The notes under the pieces are model-generated. The model ran no database searches, was not told the DNA's origin, and was given only the letters and a program-made list of their open reading frames with translations. Source: a virus. Taken from it: a stretch of DNA of 40,109 nucleotides. Numbering within the stretch: the first letter of the stretch is position 1; every line of letters begins with the position of its first letter. The translations under genes were made by a program, and so were the position numbers. Where the stretch lies: UHGV virus genome UHGV-0115014. One strand, 5' to 3'. Of this stretch, positions 1 to 8,843 are shown piece after piece.

Positions 1-49
1 AAGGTATACTCTCATACCGTCATGAAAATGGTTTCTATACGGGTGAATT

Positions 50-1306
50 GTGCTTACCGATACAAAATTAAAAAACCTCAAGCCGCAGGACAAACTGTAC
101 AAGGTCTCCGATCGTGACGGGCTGTATGTAGCTGTGCTTACGTCAGGAACGGTCTCGTTTCGCTATGACTACCGTATCAACGGTCGCCGCGAAACACTGG
201 TAATCGGGCAGTATGGGCGTGACGGTATCAGCCTGGCAGAAGCGCGAGAAGAACTGATTGCTGCAAAGAAGCTGCTTAAAGCAGGCCAGTCGCCGGCTGC
301 GGCTAAACGTGACGGTATCAAAAAGATTCGTGGTGCCGAGACGTTTGCGGTACATACCGACAGTTATATGAAACACGTCATCCTAGCTGACAGTACCCGC
401 GCAATGAAGCAGGCGGTGATCGACCGTGACATACTTCCTGTTCTTGGTAACAAAATGATGGCTGAAATTACCACATCGATGGTTCGTGATTTGTGTGACC
501 GGATTGTCGAACGCGGCGGCCGGGCAACAGCAGTGCAGGCCAGGGAGATCATCAGCAGCGTATACCGTCATGCCAATGACCGTGGTCATGGTTTGTTTAA
601 TCCTGCTGCTGACATTAAACCTTCGTCTATCGCCATATTTAAACCACGAGAGCGAACACTTACACCAGAAGAAATTGGTCTGTTCTTCCGCACGCTGGAT
701 GCCATTGGTGCTATGGGCACTATGAAAATGGCTTTAAAGCTGGTGCTTATCACTATGGTTCGTAAAGGCGAATTCACCAATGCAACGTGGGACGAAATAG
801 ATTTTAAAAAATGGACATGGACAATTCCTTCAGACCGCATGAAGGGAAGCCGGGCGCATGTTATTTACCTGCCTAAACAGGCACAGGATATATTGGTCGG
901 GTTGCAGATGTGCGCTGGTGGAAGTGAATATCTGGTTCCTGGTCGTTACAACTTCCGGAAGCCATTATCTAATGCCGCGCTGAACTCTCTGATCGACAGA
1001 ACGGTGAAAATAATAAATGAAGATGGTGAGCATATTCAGGACTTCACCGTACATGATATGCGCCGTACAGCCAGTACGTTATTGCATGAGGCTGGTTATC
1101 CTTCAGACTGGATTGAAAAGGCTCTGGCACATGAGCAGAAAGGTGTGCGCGCCGTATATAACAAAGCGGAATACGCCAGACAGCGCGCCTACATGTTGCA
1201 GCAGTGGGCCGATATGATTGATTCCTGGATTAACGGGGAGCATACGGATCTGATTCCGTTCTCCCCGTCGAAGTTTGAGAAGTGGATGGAAGACAGTAAT
1301 AAATAA
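50..1306 (+). CDS. int: Tyrosine integrase, P4-like prophage integrase family
   Basis: 418-aa ORF with GTG start; N-terminus MLTDTKLKNLKP typical of P4/CP4-57-type integrases; C-terminal catalytic block HDMRRTASTLLHEAGY and downstream Tyr region; located at extreme left of the phage gene set. Confidence 0.9.
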   Translation: MLTDTKLKNLKPQDKLYKVSDRDGLYVAVLTSGTVSFRYDYRINGRRETLVIGQYGRDGISLAEAREELIAAKKLLKAGQSPAAAKRDGIKKIRGAETFAVHTDSYMKHVILADSTRAMKQAVIDRDILPVLGNKMMAEITTSMVRDLCDRIVERGGRATAVQAREIISSVYRHANDRGHGLFNPAADIKPSSIAIFKPRERTLTPEEIGLFFRTLDAIGAMGTMKMALKLVLITMVRKGEFTNATWDEIDFKKWTWTIPSDRMKGSRAHVIYLPKQAQDILVGLQMCAGGSEYLVPGRYNFRKPLSNAALNSLIDRTVKIINEDGEHIQDFTVHDMRRTASTLLHEAGYPSDWIEKALAHEQKGVRAVYNKAEYARQRAYMLQQWADMIDSWINGEHTDLIPFSPSKFEKWMEDSNK

Positions 1307-1308
1307 TT

Positions 1309-1968
1309 CTATCCTTCCTGGACTTTGGTAAGCGTCAGATTTCCGCAGAACACTGCGCCGGTGTCGATGTACATTTGGTTTGCATACACCAGTGGGTGAT
1401 GTGCTGGCGTATGACCGAAGATGAACAAATCGGCACCGGTTATCTCCGAGACAATACCGTCCTGCGCGTCGCTAACCCGCTCACGATTCCATATCACCAT
1501 TTCTTCCGGTACTGGCTTATCGAATGCGTATTCGTTGTGCGGGTAGTCTGCGTGGCAGATGACGACCTTCTTATTGCCGGTAACAAGTTCGATAATCATC
1601 GGGAGGTTGGTAACCTTTGGCAGAAGGTATTTGAGTTGCACATCCTGCTCAGAATCAAGTTGGTGCCACCATCCACCGCCGTTTGACATCCAATGTCCGA
1701 AACTTCCGCCGTTGACCAGTGCATCCAGCATCATCTGCTCATGGTTGCCACGAACAGCTCGGAACCACGGCATAGTAATCAAATCCAGGCATTCGACGTT
1801 TTCAGCGCCGCGGTCAACAAGGTCACCAACGGAAATAAGCAAATCGCGCGCCGGGTCGAATGAAACTTTGTCGAGTTCGTTCATCAGCAGCGTGTAGCAC
1901 CCATGCAGATCGCCGACGACGAAGATATTGCACCAGTCAGCGCCATTGATGCGTTGATATAGGTTCAT
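1309..1968 (-). CDS. Serine/threonine protein phosphatase (lambda phosphatase / NinI-like metallophosphoesterase)
   Basis: Motifs GDLHG, GDLVDRG and GNHE in order, diagnostic of PPP-family phosphatases; start placed at MNLYQ (residue 41 of the 259-aa table frame 1309..2088); overlaps MTase stop. Confidence 0.85.
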   Translation of the reverse strand: MNLYQRINGADWCNIFVVGDLHGCYTLLMNELDKVSFDPARDLLISVGDLVDRGAENVECLDLITMPWFRAVRGNHEQMMLDALVNGGSFGHWMSNGGGWWHQLDSEQDVQLKYLLPKVTNLPMIIELVTGNKKVVICHADYPHNEYAFDKPVPEEMVIWNRERVSDAQDGIVSEITGADLFIFGHTPAHHPLVYANQMYIDTGAVFCGNLTLTKVQEG

Positions 1969-2615
1969 GCTGCACGCTCCCGCCCCTGGTTGTCTGTTGG
2001 TGACAGCGGAGCATTGCTGAATGCATTTTTTAATCCGCCGATATCCAACGCGTATCCAGGGTGTAGTTGCACTGCCGGGTCTTCGCACTGATTACCCCAA
2101 ACATCGAAGCCATGAGACGTCTGGCGGGCGAACAGTTCAATGCGAGAAACATCGCCTAATAATTGCACAAGTTTTTCACGAACGATATCTGGCTTTCTTG
2201 AATGCTCAAGCCGCGGTGCGGTAAATGACTGAACGATCCCTGCATTAATGCGCGTAGGTAGTTTTCCCTTTACCGCAAACAGGCAATCTTCACTATTGGC
2301 GCGAGTCATGTGTCCCATACCCATAACCAGTTTATCTGGTTGTCGACTACCACATTTTATCCACGTGAAGCCCTTCATCGTCATCAGACGGAATCCCCAG
2401 GCTTCAACAACTTTTAGTGCTTCGAGTGGTTGTGTTGGCACCCACCACATGGCCAACAGACAGTTTTCATCGGCCAAATCCCACACAGGAAGGCGGCAGA
2501 TATCCAGCACACTCATAACCGGATATTTAAAACCGGCACCGCGATTACCATCTGCGGCTTTGTCCCGGTATACCCAGGGTGGATCTGCATAGATTAGTGT
2601 GTATTTCTTAGTCAT
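1965..2615 (-). CDS. DNA N6-adenine methyltransferase (orphan, phage-type)
   Basis: LIYADPPW motif (DPPW catalytic tetrapeptide) near N-terminus; start chosen at MTKKYT inside table ORF 1965..2627; translationally coupled to phosphatase gene. Confidence 0.8.
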   Translation of the reverse strand: MTKKYTLIYADPPWVYRDKAADGNRGAGFKYPVMSVLDICRLPVWDLADENCLLAMWWVPTQPLEALKVVEAWGFRLMTMKGFTWIKCGSRQPDKLVMGMGHMTRANSEDCLFAVKGKLPTRINAGIVQSFTAPRLEHSRKPDIVREKLVQLLGDVSRIELFARQTSHGFDVWGNQCEDPAVQLHPGYALDIGGLKNAFSNAPLSPTDNQGRERAA

Positions 2616-2874
2616 AAACCACCCCACAACATCCTATGCCGCTATAGTCGCCACGGCGAAGGCCGTTACCTTTTGTGATACATTGGTCCCTGCGAACCGC
2701 GATCCTTGCACGTTCAACATCACCAGAAGCAACATCCATACACTGAAGCCAAAGGTGAGCGGCAATGCGGAATTGCCCTTTTTTCTCTCTTTCAATCGCG
2801 CGTTTTTCGATCTCTATCGCCGCAGGAGTAACGGCGACAATCTTTGACGGACTGCGCATTGAAACCTTATTCAT
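2608..2874 (-). CDS. Hypothetical small protein
   Basis: Table ORF 2608..2907 with start moved to internal ATG (MNKVS); same strand as and overlapping MTase gene start; no recognisable domain. Confidence 0.35.
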   Translation of the reverse strand: MNKVSMRSPSKIVAVTPAAIEIEKRAIEREKKGQFRIAAHLWLQCMDVASGDVERARIAVRRDQCITKGNGLRRGDYSGIGCCGVVYD

Positions 2875-3016
2875 GTGATATTTTTCAAGTCGGCTTAACT
2901 TTCTCACTTAATCCAACCCTCTCTGAAAATTAATGCCAGCAGATAAAGCCATGCTGAAACAGAGGCCAGGAATAAGTACCATCCTGACCATTTGCTCCAG
3001 TGCCTTAGCAGCGCAC

Positions 3017-3265
3017 TCATGCAGCGTTGCTCACGGGACGATATACACGTTGCTGAACAGGAGGCTTTTTACCCTGGAACTCTGCCGGGCTTGCTGCCTG
3101 ACGTTCATCAAGCCAACGCTCAACTTCATCACGGTTCCATGCGCAGCGTTTATCGGTGATATACCAGCGTTTAGGAAATTCCCCTGCGCGCTCCATACGG
3201 TCGATAGTGCTCCATGACAGTGGAACCACCGCCAGGAGTTCCTTCTTACCTAATGCACCTTTCAT
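3017..3265 (-). CDS. AlpA-family HTH regulator / excisionase-like protein
   Basis: 82 aa; pattern LAVVPLSWSTIDRMERAGEFPKRWYI...AWNRDEVERWL resembles MerR-like AlpA/Xis proteins that accompany P4-type integrases. Confidence 0.65.
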   Translation of the reverse strand: MKGALGKKELLAVVPLSWSTIDRMERAGEFPKRWYITDKRCAWNRDEVERWLDERQAASPAEFQGKKPPVQQRVYRPVSNAA

Positions 3266-3314
3266 AAATACCTCTCTTGGTTGCAGTGCGGCGCGCGTGG
3301 CGCCGCGGTGGTGG

Positions 3315-4256
3315 TTACATAGATGTTTCGTTTAATTCTTCCCGACGAACGCTGTAAACGTCGGTGGCTTTTGCCAGCAGTTCGTCATCATCTGAAAGTT
3401 TTTGTGCAATGTATTTGTAAGCCTTATCCAGTTCGGAGACAGTGCTGTAATTCATCGCTGCGCTGGTAAAGGCCATCAGCATTTCTTCTGGATCACGGCT
3501 GTCCGATTTACGCGTTTGCTCATCAGGCTTTTTCGCTGGTTTAGCGTTGATCAGACTGTTCATTCCCGCAGCAGTGGTCGTTTGCGGAGTAATGTCTCGC
3601 TCAACGCGCGGTGCCGTTTCCTGTAATTCGTCTGGGGTGTAGACGCCCATGATTACGTCAGGACAGTGCAGGCGAGACCAGCGTTTTGTCGCAAGGTATG
3701 CGAGTTGTTGTTTCGGATCACTGGCCCAAAGTGTGGAGTTTCTTACCTGTGCTTGAGACAGCATTAACTCAAGCACTCGAGGTTGATCCTCGCCCTTCAT
3801 GGTTGCCCATACGCGAACACCGCAGCCTTCTTCGTCTTTTAGAGTCCAGCCTGGTGCGATATATGGATTGCCGTTTTTGGATGTTTTCTCAACAAACTTA
3901 CCGATCACGCGTTCCCACGGCCCGAACCACTCGTAGTTGATGCGATCTTTTGTTGGCGACATCGTTGAGATAACTGCGTTTACTAATTGGGCTTCATAAC
4001 CTAGCGTGCCGTTCACAACATGGGTTTTCTGAGCCACGGCAAACGGGTTCATTCCCCACTGCGCAGCCTGCATTGCCACGGCCATGCAATCAGCTGGTTT
4101 CCCGGCGAGGTGCGCCGGTACCGTTACGCGGCTTTGCGCCATTACCTCGGCGAATTTCATCAGTTGGTTCAAGCCGTCTGGGCTGAAAATAGTTGCAGCA
4201 GTTCCAGCGATTGCTGTGTCTACTGGTGCGTTGATGTTTGCGATGTCGTTGCTCAT
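3315..4256 (-). CDS. recT: RecT-family single-strand annealing recombinase
   Basis: Table ORF 3315..4283, start placed at MSNDIANIN; RecT/Bet-like sequence character; ATGA overlap with upstream exonuclease gene. Confidence 0.75.
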   Translation of the reverse strand: MSNDIANINAPVDTAIAGTAATIFSPDGLNQLMKFAEVMAQSRVTVPAHLAGKPADCMAVAMQAAQWGMNPFAVAQKTHVVNGTLGYEAQLVNAVISTMSPTKDRINYEWFGPWERVIGKFVEKTSKNGNPYIAPGWTLKDEEGCGVRVWATMKGEDQPRVLELMLSQAQVRNSTLWASDPKQQLAYLATKRWSRLHCPDVIMGVYTPDELQETAPRVERDITPQTTTAAGMNSLINAKPAKKPDEQTRKSDSRDPEEMLMAFTSAAMNYSTVSELDKAYKYIAQKLSDDDELLAKATDVYSVRREELNETSM

Positions 4257-5074
4257 ATGTACATATCCTGTTTGCGTGCCCACTCAGGGCGTTTAATGAT
4301 TTCCACACCGCCCCATTCATCATTGATGCGGCATTCGTGATAGGTATTCAGATCCCGGCGGAACAGAGCGTGCCCGGCATCGACATCCGGCGCATCCAGC
4401 TCGAACACGCGTACCGGATACCGACCACAATCAATGCTTTCGCTCACGGCAAGAAAGAAAAAACCATGCGGCTGACCAGTAACCCTCATTGCGCCTTCGC
4501 GGTACATTGCGTCCTGCACGTGGTAGCGGAATTCCTCGATGTGGCGTGCAAAACGGTCCATATCTGCAACCTTTTTCACGTCGACGATCACGTTGTGCTC
4601 GTTCAGCCATTTGTCTGGACGAATGCGGCACAACTCACCAGTCTCTTCATCGTTCCAGTACATTGATGCTTCGCAGTAACCAGGTGCTTCCAGCATCCAG
4701 CGTGCCGCCGGGTGAGCCATTGCGCTATCACGCATCAGCTCCAGTTTCCGCCACTGCTCGGCATCAAGTACCGTAATCCCCATATCCGCTACATCACGAA
4801 GAAATGCTTCTTCGTCAGCTTTACCTTGTTTCGTCCGACGATCGAATTTCGGTGAAACAATGAAGCGTTTGTTGAATTCTCCAGGCTCCAGAAGCAGACA
4901 GTGCAATGCGGTTCCCATATCCAGTGCAGACTTTTTCTCTTCGTCTTCCGGAGCAGCCTTCACCCATTTCAGAAGGGCAGGGTTCTTAGCCACCATATCT
5001 AGCTGCGACTTACTCACGCCGTCACCGGCGTGGTAGTCCTCATTGCTGATGTCGAAATAGATGCCAGTATTCAT
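4253..5074 (-). CDS. RecE-like exonuclease (PD-(D/E)XK type, exonuclease VIII C-terminal-domain-like)
   Basis: 273 aa directly upstream of and coupled to recT, the usual exonuclease/annealase pairing of Rac-like prophages; acidic catalytic-looking block IVDVKKVADMD. Confidence 0.65.
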   Translation of the reverse strand: MNTGIYFDISNEDYHAGDGVSKSQLDMVAKNPALLKWVKAAPEDEEKKSALDMGTALHCLLLEPGEFNKRFIVSPKFDRRTKQGKADEEAFLRDVADMGITVLDAEQWRKLELMRDSAMAHPAARWMLEAPGYCEASMYWNDEETGELCRIRPDKWLNEHNVIVDVKKVADMDRFARHIEEFRYHVQDAMYREGAMRVTGQPHGFFFLAVSESIDCGRYPVRVFELDAPDVDAGHALFRRDLNTYHECRINDEWGGVEIIKRPEWARKQDMYI

Positions 5075-5277
5075 AACTTAACCTTGTATTCGTTCTGCTT
5101 GTTGGAACGGGTTCCATCGTGGAAATATATTGCGCTCCTGGTTACCTCTACCCATTTGCGACGTTCAAGCTCAACGATGAACCAAGAAACCTTCGATCTT
5201 GAGATACCAAGAATCTTTGCCATATCTCGGATGCTGTGTTTTCCACCTCGCAGCAATGAGAGGAGTGTTGGTTTCAT
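5071..5277 (-). CDS. Small DNA-binding protein (putative winged helix/HTH)
   Basis: 68 aa; segment IRDMAKILGISRSKVSWFIVELERRKWV looks like an HTH; coupled to neighbouring genes in leftward operon. Confidence 0.5.
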   Translation of the reverse strand: MKPTLLSLLRGGKHSIRDMAKILGISRSKVSWFIVELERRKWVEVTRSAIYFHDGTRSNKQNEYKVKL

Positions 5278-5573
5278 GCCGCGTCCTTCTGTCCATCAAG
5301 CTGATCCGCCAGATCCCAGCGGGCGATAATTGCCATTGCCTCTCGCCGATATGCATCCATCAGTTCTTCGAACTCAGGGCTGTCTTTAGCAGCCTCCAGT
5401 ACTTCCTGACGAACGCCTTTGCCTGTTACAACGTCGAAAGTTGAGGACAGTTGATGAAGCCGGATACTCTCAATCAGTTCAACTTGTCGGTCATATAGCT
5501 GTTCTGACAGGCGGTAGTCCTTGTCGAATGCCAGCATGATTTTTTGAAGATTTTTCTGCTGATTAACGTTCAT
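5274..5573 (-). CDS. Hypothetical protein
   Basis: Table ORF 5274..5588; start moved to ATG (MNVNQQ) which is preceded by GGGAGGG Shine-Dalgarno. Confidence 0.5.
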   Translation of the reverse strand: MNVNQQKNLQKIMLAFDKDYRLSEQLYDRQVELIESIRLHQLSSTFDVVTGKGVRQEVLEAAKDSPEFEELMDAYRREAMAIIARWDLADQLDGQKDAA

Positions 5574-5575
5574 TA

Positions 5576-5728
5576 TCAGCCCTCCCATATCTCGTTATCG
5601 TTGGCCACATCGCGAGCTTCTTTGCTGACGAAAGCCCACTTAATGCCTTCCTGTAAGGTGCGGAACTTCCAGCTCATGAATCCGCATGCAGTAACGCAGT
5701 ACCAACCGTTGATGATTTTCCACTGCAT
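5576..5728 (-). CDS. Hypothetical small protein (50 aa), first gene of leftward early operon
   Basis: Below ORF-table cutoff; ATG at 5726-5728 on minus strand gives MQWKIINGWYCVTACGFMSWKFRTLQEGIKWAFVSKEARDVANDNEIWEG; stop sits just before the SD of the next gene; 20 bp downstream of an operator-like palindrome. Confidence 0.3.
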   Translation of the reverse strand: MQWKIINGWYCVTACGFMSWKFRTLQEGIKWAFVSKEARDVANDNEIWEG

Positions 5729-5747
5729 AATTTGTTACCTCGGTCTG

Positions 5748-5824
5748 TTACCGTTGAGGTAATAATTATGCGTATTTGGTTTGATGTCAATAGATATGAG
5801 TTAAAAAAATTACCCGTTAGGTAA
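5748..5824 (-). promoter_or_regulatory. Leftward early promoter region flanked by two TTACC-N5-GGTAA operator-like palindromes
   Basis: TTACCGTTGAGGTAA (about 5748-5762) and TTACCCGTTAGGTAA (about 5810-5824) bracket a minus-strand TTGACA (plus 5785-5790) and AT-rich -10-like sequence; immediately upstream of leftward operon. Confidence 0.45.
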
Positions 5825-5834
5825 TCGAACAGGC

Positions 5835-5860
5835 AATAAAAAAGCCGCCAGAAGGCGGCT
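5835..5860 (-). terminator. Intrinsic terminator after repressor gene
   Basis: Minus-strand hairpin AGCCGCC-TTCT-GGCGGCT followed by T-run. Confidence 0.6.
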
Positions 5861-5881
5861 TACTTACTGAAAAGTATGATT

Positions 5882-6466
5882 TTATTGTTTGTTTTTTTCG
5901 TTCTGGTTGATGACAAATTCAATGTAACTTTCGATCTTTGCTTTCTCGGTTTCTGGTAACAAAGCGTAGCGCGAGCGGTCATAGTTGATAGTCGCAGGGT
6001 CGTGCGGGTGAATCAGTAATTCATAGCCGTGACGCCCGAATGCGGATGCAACATTCTCCAGGGTGGAAATGGAAACGCTGACCTCATTGTTTAACAGGCG
6101 GCTGATTGTCACCTGGGCGACGCCGGATGCGCGGTGAAGTTTTCCCTGCGTTGAAAGGTCGCGGCTTTCGCTCATCCAGCGTTCCAGGTTGTGAGCCGCC
6201 AGTTGACCAATGTCGCTTGGTCCGACAGGCTGAAAACCTTCCTGAGAAAGCGAGCGATCGATATCAAGCCAGTTACGGGGTTTATTGGCGGCAGCTTCAA
6301 TTTTTCGCGCAACCTGGTCGCCGATAACCTTCTTGCCAAGAGCCCAGCGGTTTACCAGATTTGCCTGAGTTCCAAGTTTTTCAGCCATCCGCGTCTGAAC
6401 ACCATTGAATTCACGGTCGATCAAGTCGTTGAGATTTTGCCTGCGGACGTCCTGGATACTTTTCAT
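5882..6466 (-). CDS. Phage repressor-like protein with two HTH (XRE/Cro-C1-type) domains, no S24 peptidase domain
   Basis: 194 aa; two helix-turn-helix blocks (GVQTRMAEKLGTQANLVNRWALGKK and ASGVAQVTISRLLNNEVSVSISTLENVASAF); divergent from Cro-like gene; followed by intrinsic terminator. Confidence 0.7.
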   Translation of the reverse strand: MKSIQDVRRQNLNDLIDREFNGVQTRMAEKLGTQANLVNRWALGKKVIGDQVARKIEAAANKPRNWLDIDRSLSQEGFQPVGPSDIGQLAAHNLERWMSESRDLSTQGKLHRASGVAQVTISRLLNNEVSVSISTLENVASAFGRHGYELLIHPHDPATINYDRSRYALLPETEKAKIESYIEFVINQNEKNKQ

Positions 6467-6620
6467 TTTCTGGAAAATCGCCTCATATCTGAATCAGAAG
6501 ATGATTCAATTTAAAGCAATATTACCCAACAGGTAAATGCACCTCATGGGTAACTATCCTTGATTTTTGTTACCTTATAGGTGAATATTTATTATCTGAA
6601 ATAAATATCAGGCAATAGCT
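6467..6620. promoter_or_regulatory. Divergent repressor / cro control region with operator-like palindromes
   Basis: TTACCCAACAGGTAA (about 6522-6536) and TTACCTTATAGGTGA (about 6570-6584) between divergent HTH genes; TTGATT -35-like element near 6560. Confidence 0.5.
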
Positions 6621-6851
6621 ATGAGCGATAACGGACATTTCGATTTCAAAAAGCACTGGCTTGCACTTACTCCGGATGAGCGTGAAGCCTTCGCACAGGA
6701 AGCCGGAACGACGAGTCACTATATCCAGACTCACTTAACAGGTAAGCGCAAAATGCCAGGTAAGGTATTGATGGATGGGCTTTTTAAAGCCTGTAAATCA
6801 AGACAATGGCTGCGCTCAAAAGCAGAACTGGCATACTTCTTCTACTCATGA
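6621..6851 (+). CDS. Cro-like / YdaS-family HTH regulator
   Basis: 76 aa, divergently transcribed from repressor gene across palindrome-bearing control region; FAQEAGTTSHYIQTHLTGKRKMP resembles YdaS/Cro-type HTH. Confidence 0.6.
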   Translation: MSDNGHFDFKKHWLALTPDEREAFAQEAGTTSHYIQTHLTGKRKMPGKVLMDGLFKACKSRQWLRSKAELAYFFYS

Positions 6852-6872
6852 TATCCAGCCACAACCCTCTGT

Positions 6873-6896
6873 AGACCGCCATCCGGCGGTCTTTTC
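6873..6896 (+). terminator. Intrinsic terminator after cro-like gene
   Basis: AGACCGCC-ATCC-GGCGGTCT hairpin followed by TTTTC. Confidence 0.55.
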
Positions 6897-6906
6897 ATAT
6901 CTATTC

Positions 6907-6921
6907 GTACCTCAAAGGTAA
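6907..6921. promoter_or_regulatory. Operator-like palindrome GTACC-N5-GGTAA upstream of zinc-finger gene
   Basis: GTACCTCAAAGGTAA directly after cro terminator, 80 bp before ATG 7002. Confidence 0.35.
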
Positions 6922-7001
6922 TAAAAAACCAAATATGGTTGATCTTTTTTTTGTGTCAGCACAAAATAACCGTAATCCCAATACTAATAACAGGGCTTAC
7001 C

Positions 7002-7202
7002 ATGGAAATCATTACACGTATTGATGCCGCAAAGCGCGGACTTAAACGCTACTACACCGGAAAACCATGTAAGCACGGACATGACAGTGAACGCTGGGTT
7101 TACAACGGACACTGTGTTGAGTGCACCATGGAATCAAACCGTCGCATCAGGGCAGAGATTAAGCAGATCATGATTAATTCCTCCCCACAACACTCAAACT
7201 GA
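7002..7202 (+). CDS. Small zinc-finger protein (Cys/His cluster), early regulator position
   Basis: Table ORF 6939..7202 with start at MEIITR; cluster KPCKHGHDSERWVYNGHCVEC; lies where cII-type regulators sit, between cro-like and replication genes. Confidence 0.45.
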   Translation: MEIITRIDAAKRGLKRYYTGKPCKHGHDSERWVYNGHCVECTMESNRRIRAEIKQIMINSSPQHSN

Positions 7203-7217
7203 TAGCGGAGATTAATC

Positions 7218-8033
7218 ATGAGCAGACATGCAACAGATTGGGCCTGGGAGACAGATCCAGGTAGCTCATCATTAAAGCTCATACTGCTCTCGATGGCTGA
7301 CAGAGCCGATGAATATAACCTCTGCTACCCCAGCATAGAACGCCTCGTTAAAGACACTTGCCTGAATAAAAAAACCGTGCAGGCCGGGCTTATATCGCTC
7401 ATGAAAATGGGGCTTATTTCAGATACCGGAGAGAGAAAGGGAGCGACAAAAAGAGTGCGGGTTTTCTCTCTTAATATAACCAAAAACGGGAACATTAAAG
7501 GCAACCGGGAGGGGGGCAATGAACCCGAAAACGGGAATATACCCGAAAACGGGAATATACCCAAAAACGGGATGTTGAATGATCCCAAAAACGGGATGTT
7601 GAATGATCCCAAAAACGGGATCCAGAACCAGTCATATAACCAGTCATTTAACCAAGAGAGGGAGAGCAGGACAAAAAGCGGGGATTCTGTGCCTCATGAC
7701 CCCGGAGCAAACAACGCCGTGATGAATAACTTTGTTCCTCCTGGTGGGCCAGGGCAATTAGGCAAATTTGTCATGCATGAACAATGGCAGCCATCAGATG
7801 ACTTTCTTCGGAAAAGCTCATTGCAGGGGATCTACCTGGACAGTCTGCCAACGGCACAGGAACTTGCAGAGTTCAGAATTTACTGGATGGCTGAGGGTAA
7901 GGCATACCATCAGGCACAGTGGGAGCAGAAGCTGGCAAGGCGGCTGCAGATTAGCAGACAGAAGCAATCAACATTACCTGATAACAACGTTCCGCACTGG
8001 AACAGCCCTGAAGCATGGGAGGATTTCTTGTGA
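7218..8033 (+). CDS. Replication initiator, lambda O-like (iterons inside gene)
   Basis: 271 aa; N-terminal HTH-like region; central peptide NGNIPENGNIPKNGMLNDPKNGMLNDPKNG is the translation of a DNA iteron array, as in lambda O/ori. Confidence 0.7.
   Translation: MSRHATDWAWETDPGSSSLKLILLSMADRADEYNLCYPSIERLVKDTCLNKKTVQAGLISLMKMGLISDTGERKGATKRVRVFSLNITKNGNIKGNREGGNEPENGNIPENGNIPKNGMLNDPKNGMLNDPKNGIQNQSYNQSFNQERESRTKSGDSVPHDPGANNAVMNNFVPPGGPGQLGKFVMHEQWQPSDDFLRKSSLQGIYLDSLPTAQELAEFRIYWMAEGKAYHQAQWEQKLARRLQISRQKQSTLPDNNVPHWNSPEAWEDFL
7523..7623 (+). repeat. Iteron array (putative replication origin) inside O-like gene
   Basis: Five tandem repeats with palindromic core CCCRAAAACGGG: two 18-bp copies ACCCGAAAACGGGAATAT, two 24-25-bp copies CCCAAAAACGGGATGTTGAATGAT and a partial fifth; followed by AT-richer sequence with AACCAGTCAT x2. 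Confidence 0.65.
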
Positions 8034-8815
8034 ACAACGTTTTTACCGCGATACAAAACCGTGACGGAGAAGCCCTTTCTCGCATGTCAGGTTATGAGCA
8101 TCAGTACGTCAACAATGACAATGTGGTGAACATGTCAGCAGAGAGGCTTGTTGATGCCCTTTTTAAACAGCTGAAACAACTGTTTCCGGCGGCAGTGGTA
8201 ACCAACCTGAAGACGCCAGAGCAGGAAGTTGCTGCAAAACAGCAGTGGATTGCTGCGTTTGCCGAAGGGGGGATCCGAACCCGTGAACAGGTTTCTGCTG
8301 GTATGCGCCACGCCCGCGCCAGTGAATCTCCGTTCTGGCCGTCTCCAGGGCAATTTATCAAGTGGTGCAAAGACAGCAAGATGGTTCTTGGCGTCACCAT
8401 TGACGATGTGATGGCGGAGTTTCACCGGTACAGCAAGGAAAAAAGTTTATATCCTGGTGGTCCCGAAAGATTCCCGTGGCGACATCCGGTTATGTACTGG
8501 GTCGTATGTGATACCCGCCGTGCAATGTATCAGCGCCAGCTTAGCGAGATTGAGGTTGAGAAACACGCACGCAGGCTGCTCGATGATTGGGCGAAAAAGG
8601 TGGCTTCCGGACAGCAGATACCCGATCCGGTGATCAGCATACAGGCAAAGCCAGAGCCCATGAGTACGCCTCCGGACACAGGGAGAGACGTTTACCATCC
8701 ACCAGGGCGAAGTTTCGGGTGCATGCCTAACGCCGCCACCCTTGGGGGAATAACACCGGCGCAGTGGCTGATGGAGGAATACAGGCGGGGAAAGGCGGCA
8801 GGATTTATCAAGTAA
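8015..8815 (+). CDS. Replication protein P-like helicase loader
   Basis: Block GIRTREQVSAGMRHARASESPFWPSPGQFIKWCKD matches lambda P block NGITTMEQVNAGMRVARRQNRPFLPSPGQFVAWCRE (recalled from memory); start ATG 8015 or GTG near 8030. Confidence 0.75.
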   Translation: MGGFLVNNVFTAIQNRDGEALSRMSGYEHQYVNNDNVVNMSAERLVDALFKQLKQLFPAAVVTNLKTPEQEVAAKQQWIAAFAEGGIRTREQVSAGMRHARASESPFWPSPGQFIKWCKDSKMVLGVTIDDVMAEFHRYSKEKSLYPGGPERFPWRHPVMYWVVCDTRRAMYQRQLSEIEVEKHARRLLDDWAKKVASGQQIPDPVISIQAKPEPMSTPPDTGRDVYHPPGRSFGCMPNAATLGGITPAQWLMEEYRRGKAAGFIK

Positions 8816-8843
8816 TACCAGCGCGATAGCGCATTTTTTTACG

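Noticed and set aside
7523-7623. Tandem repeats considered as a possible CRISPR array
   Set aside because: Repeats are contiguous with no unique spacers of CRISPR size, sit inside a protein-coding gene and match an ori-iteron layout; no cas genes nearby.
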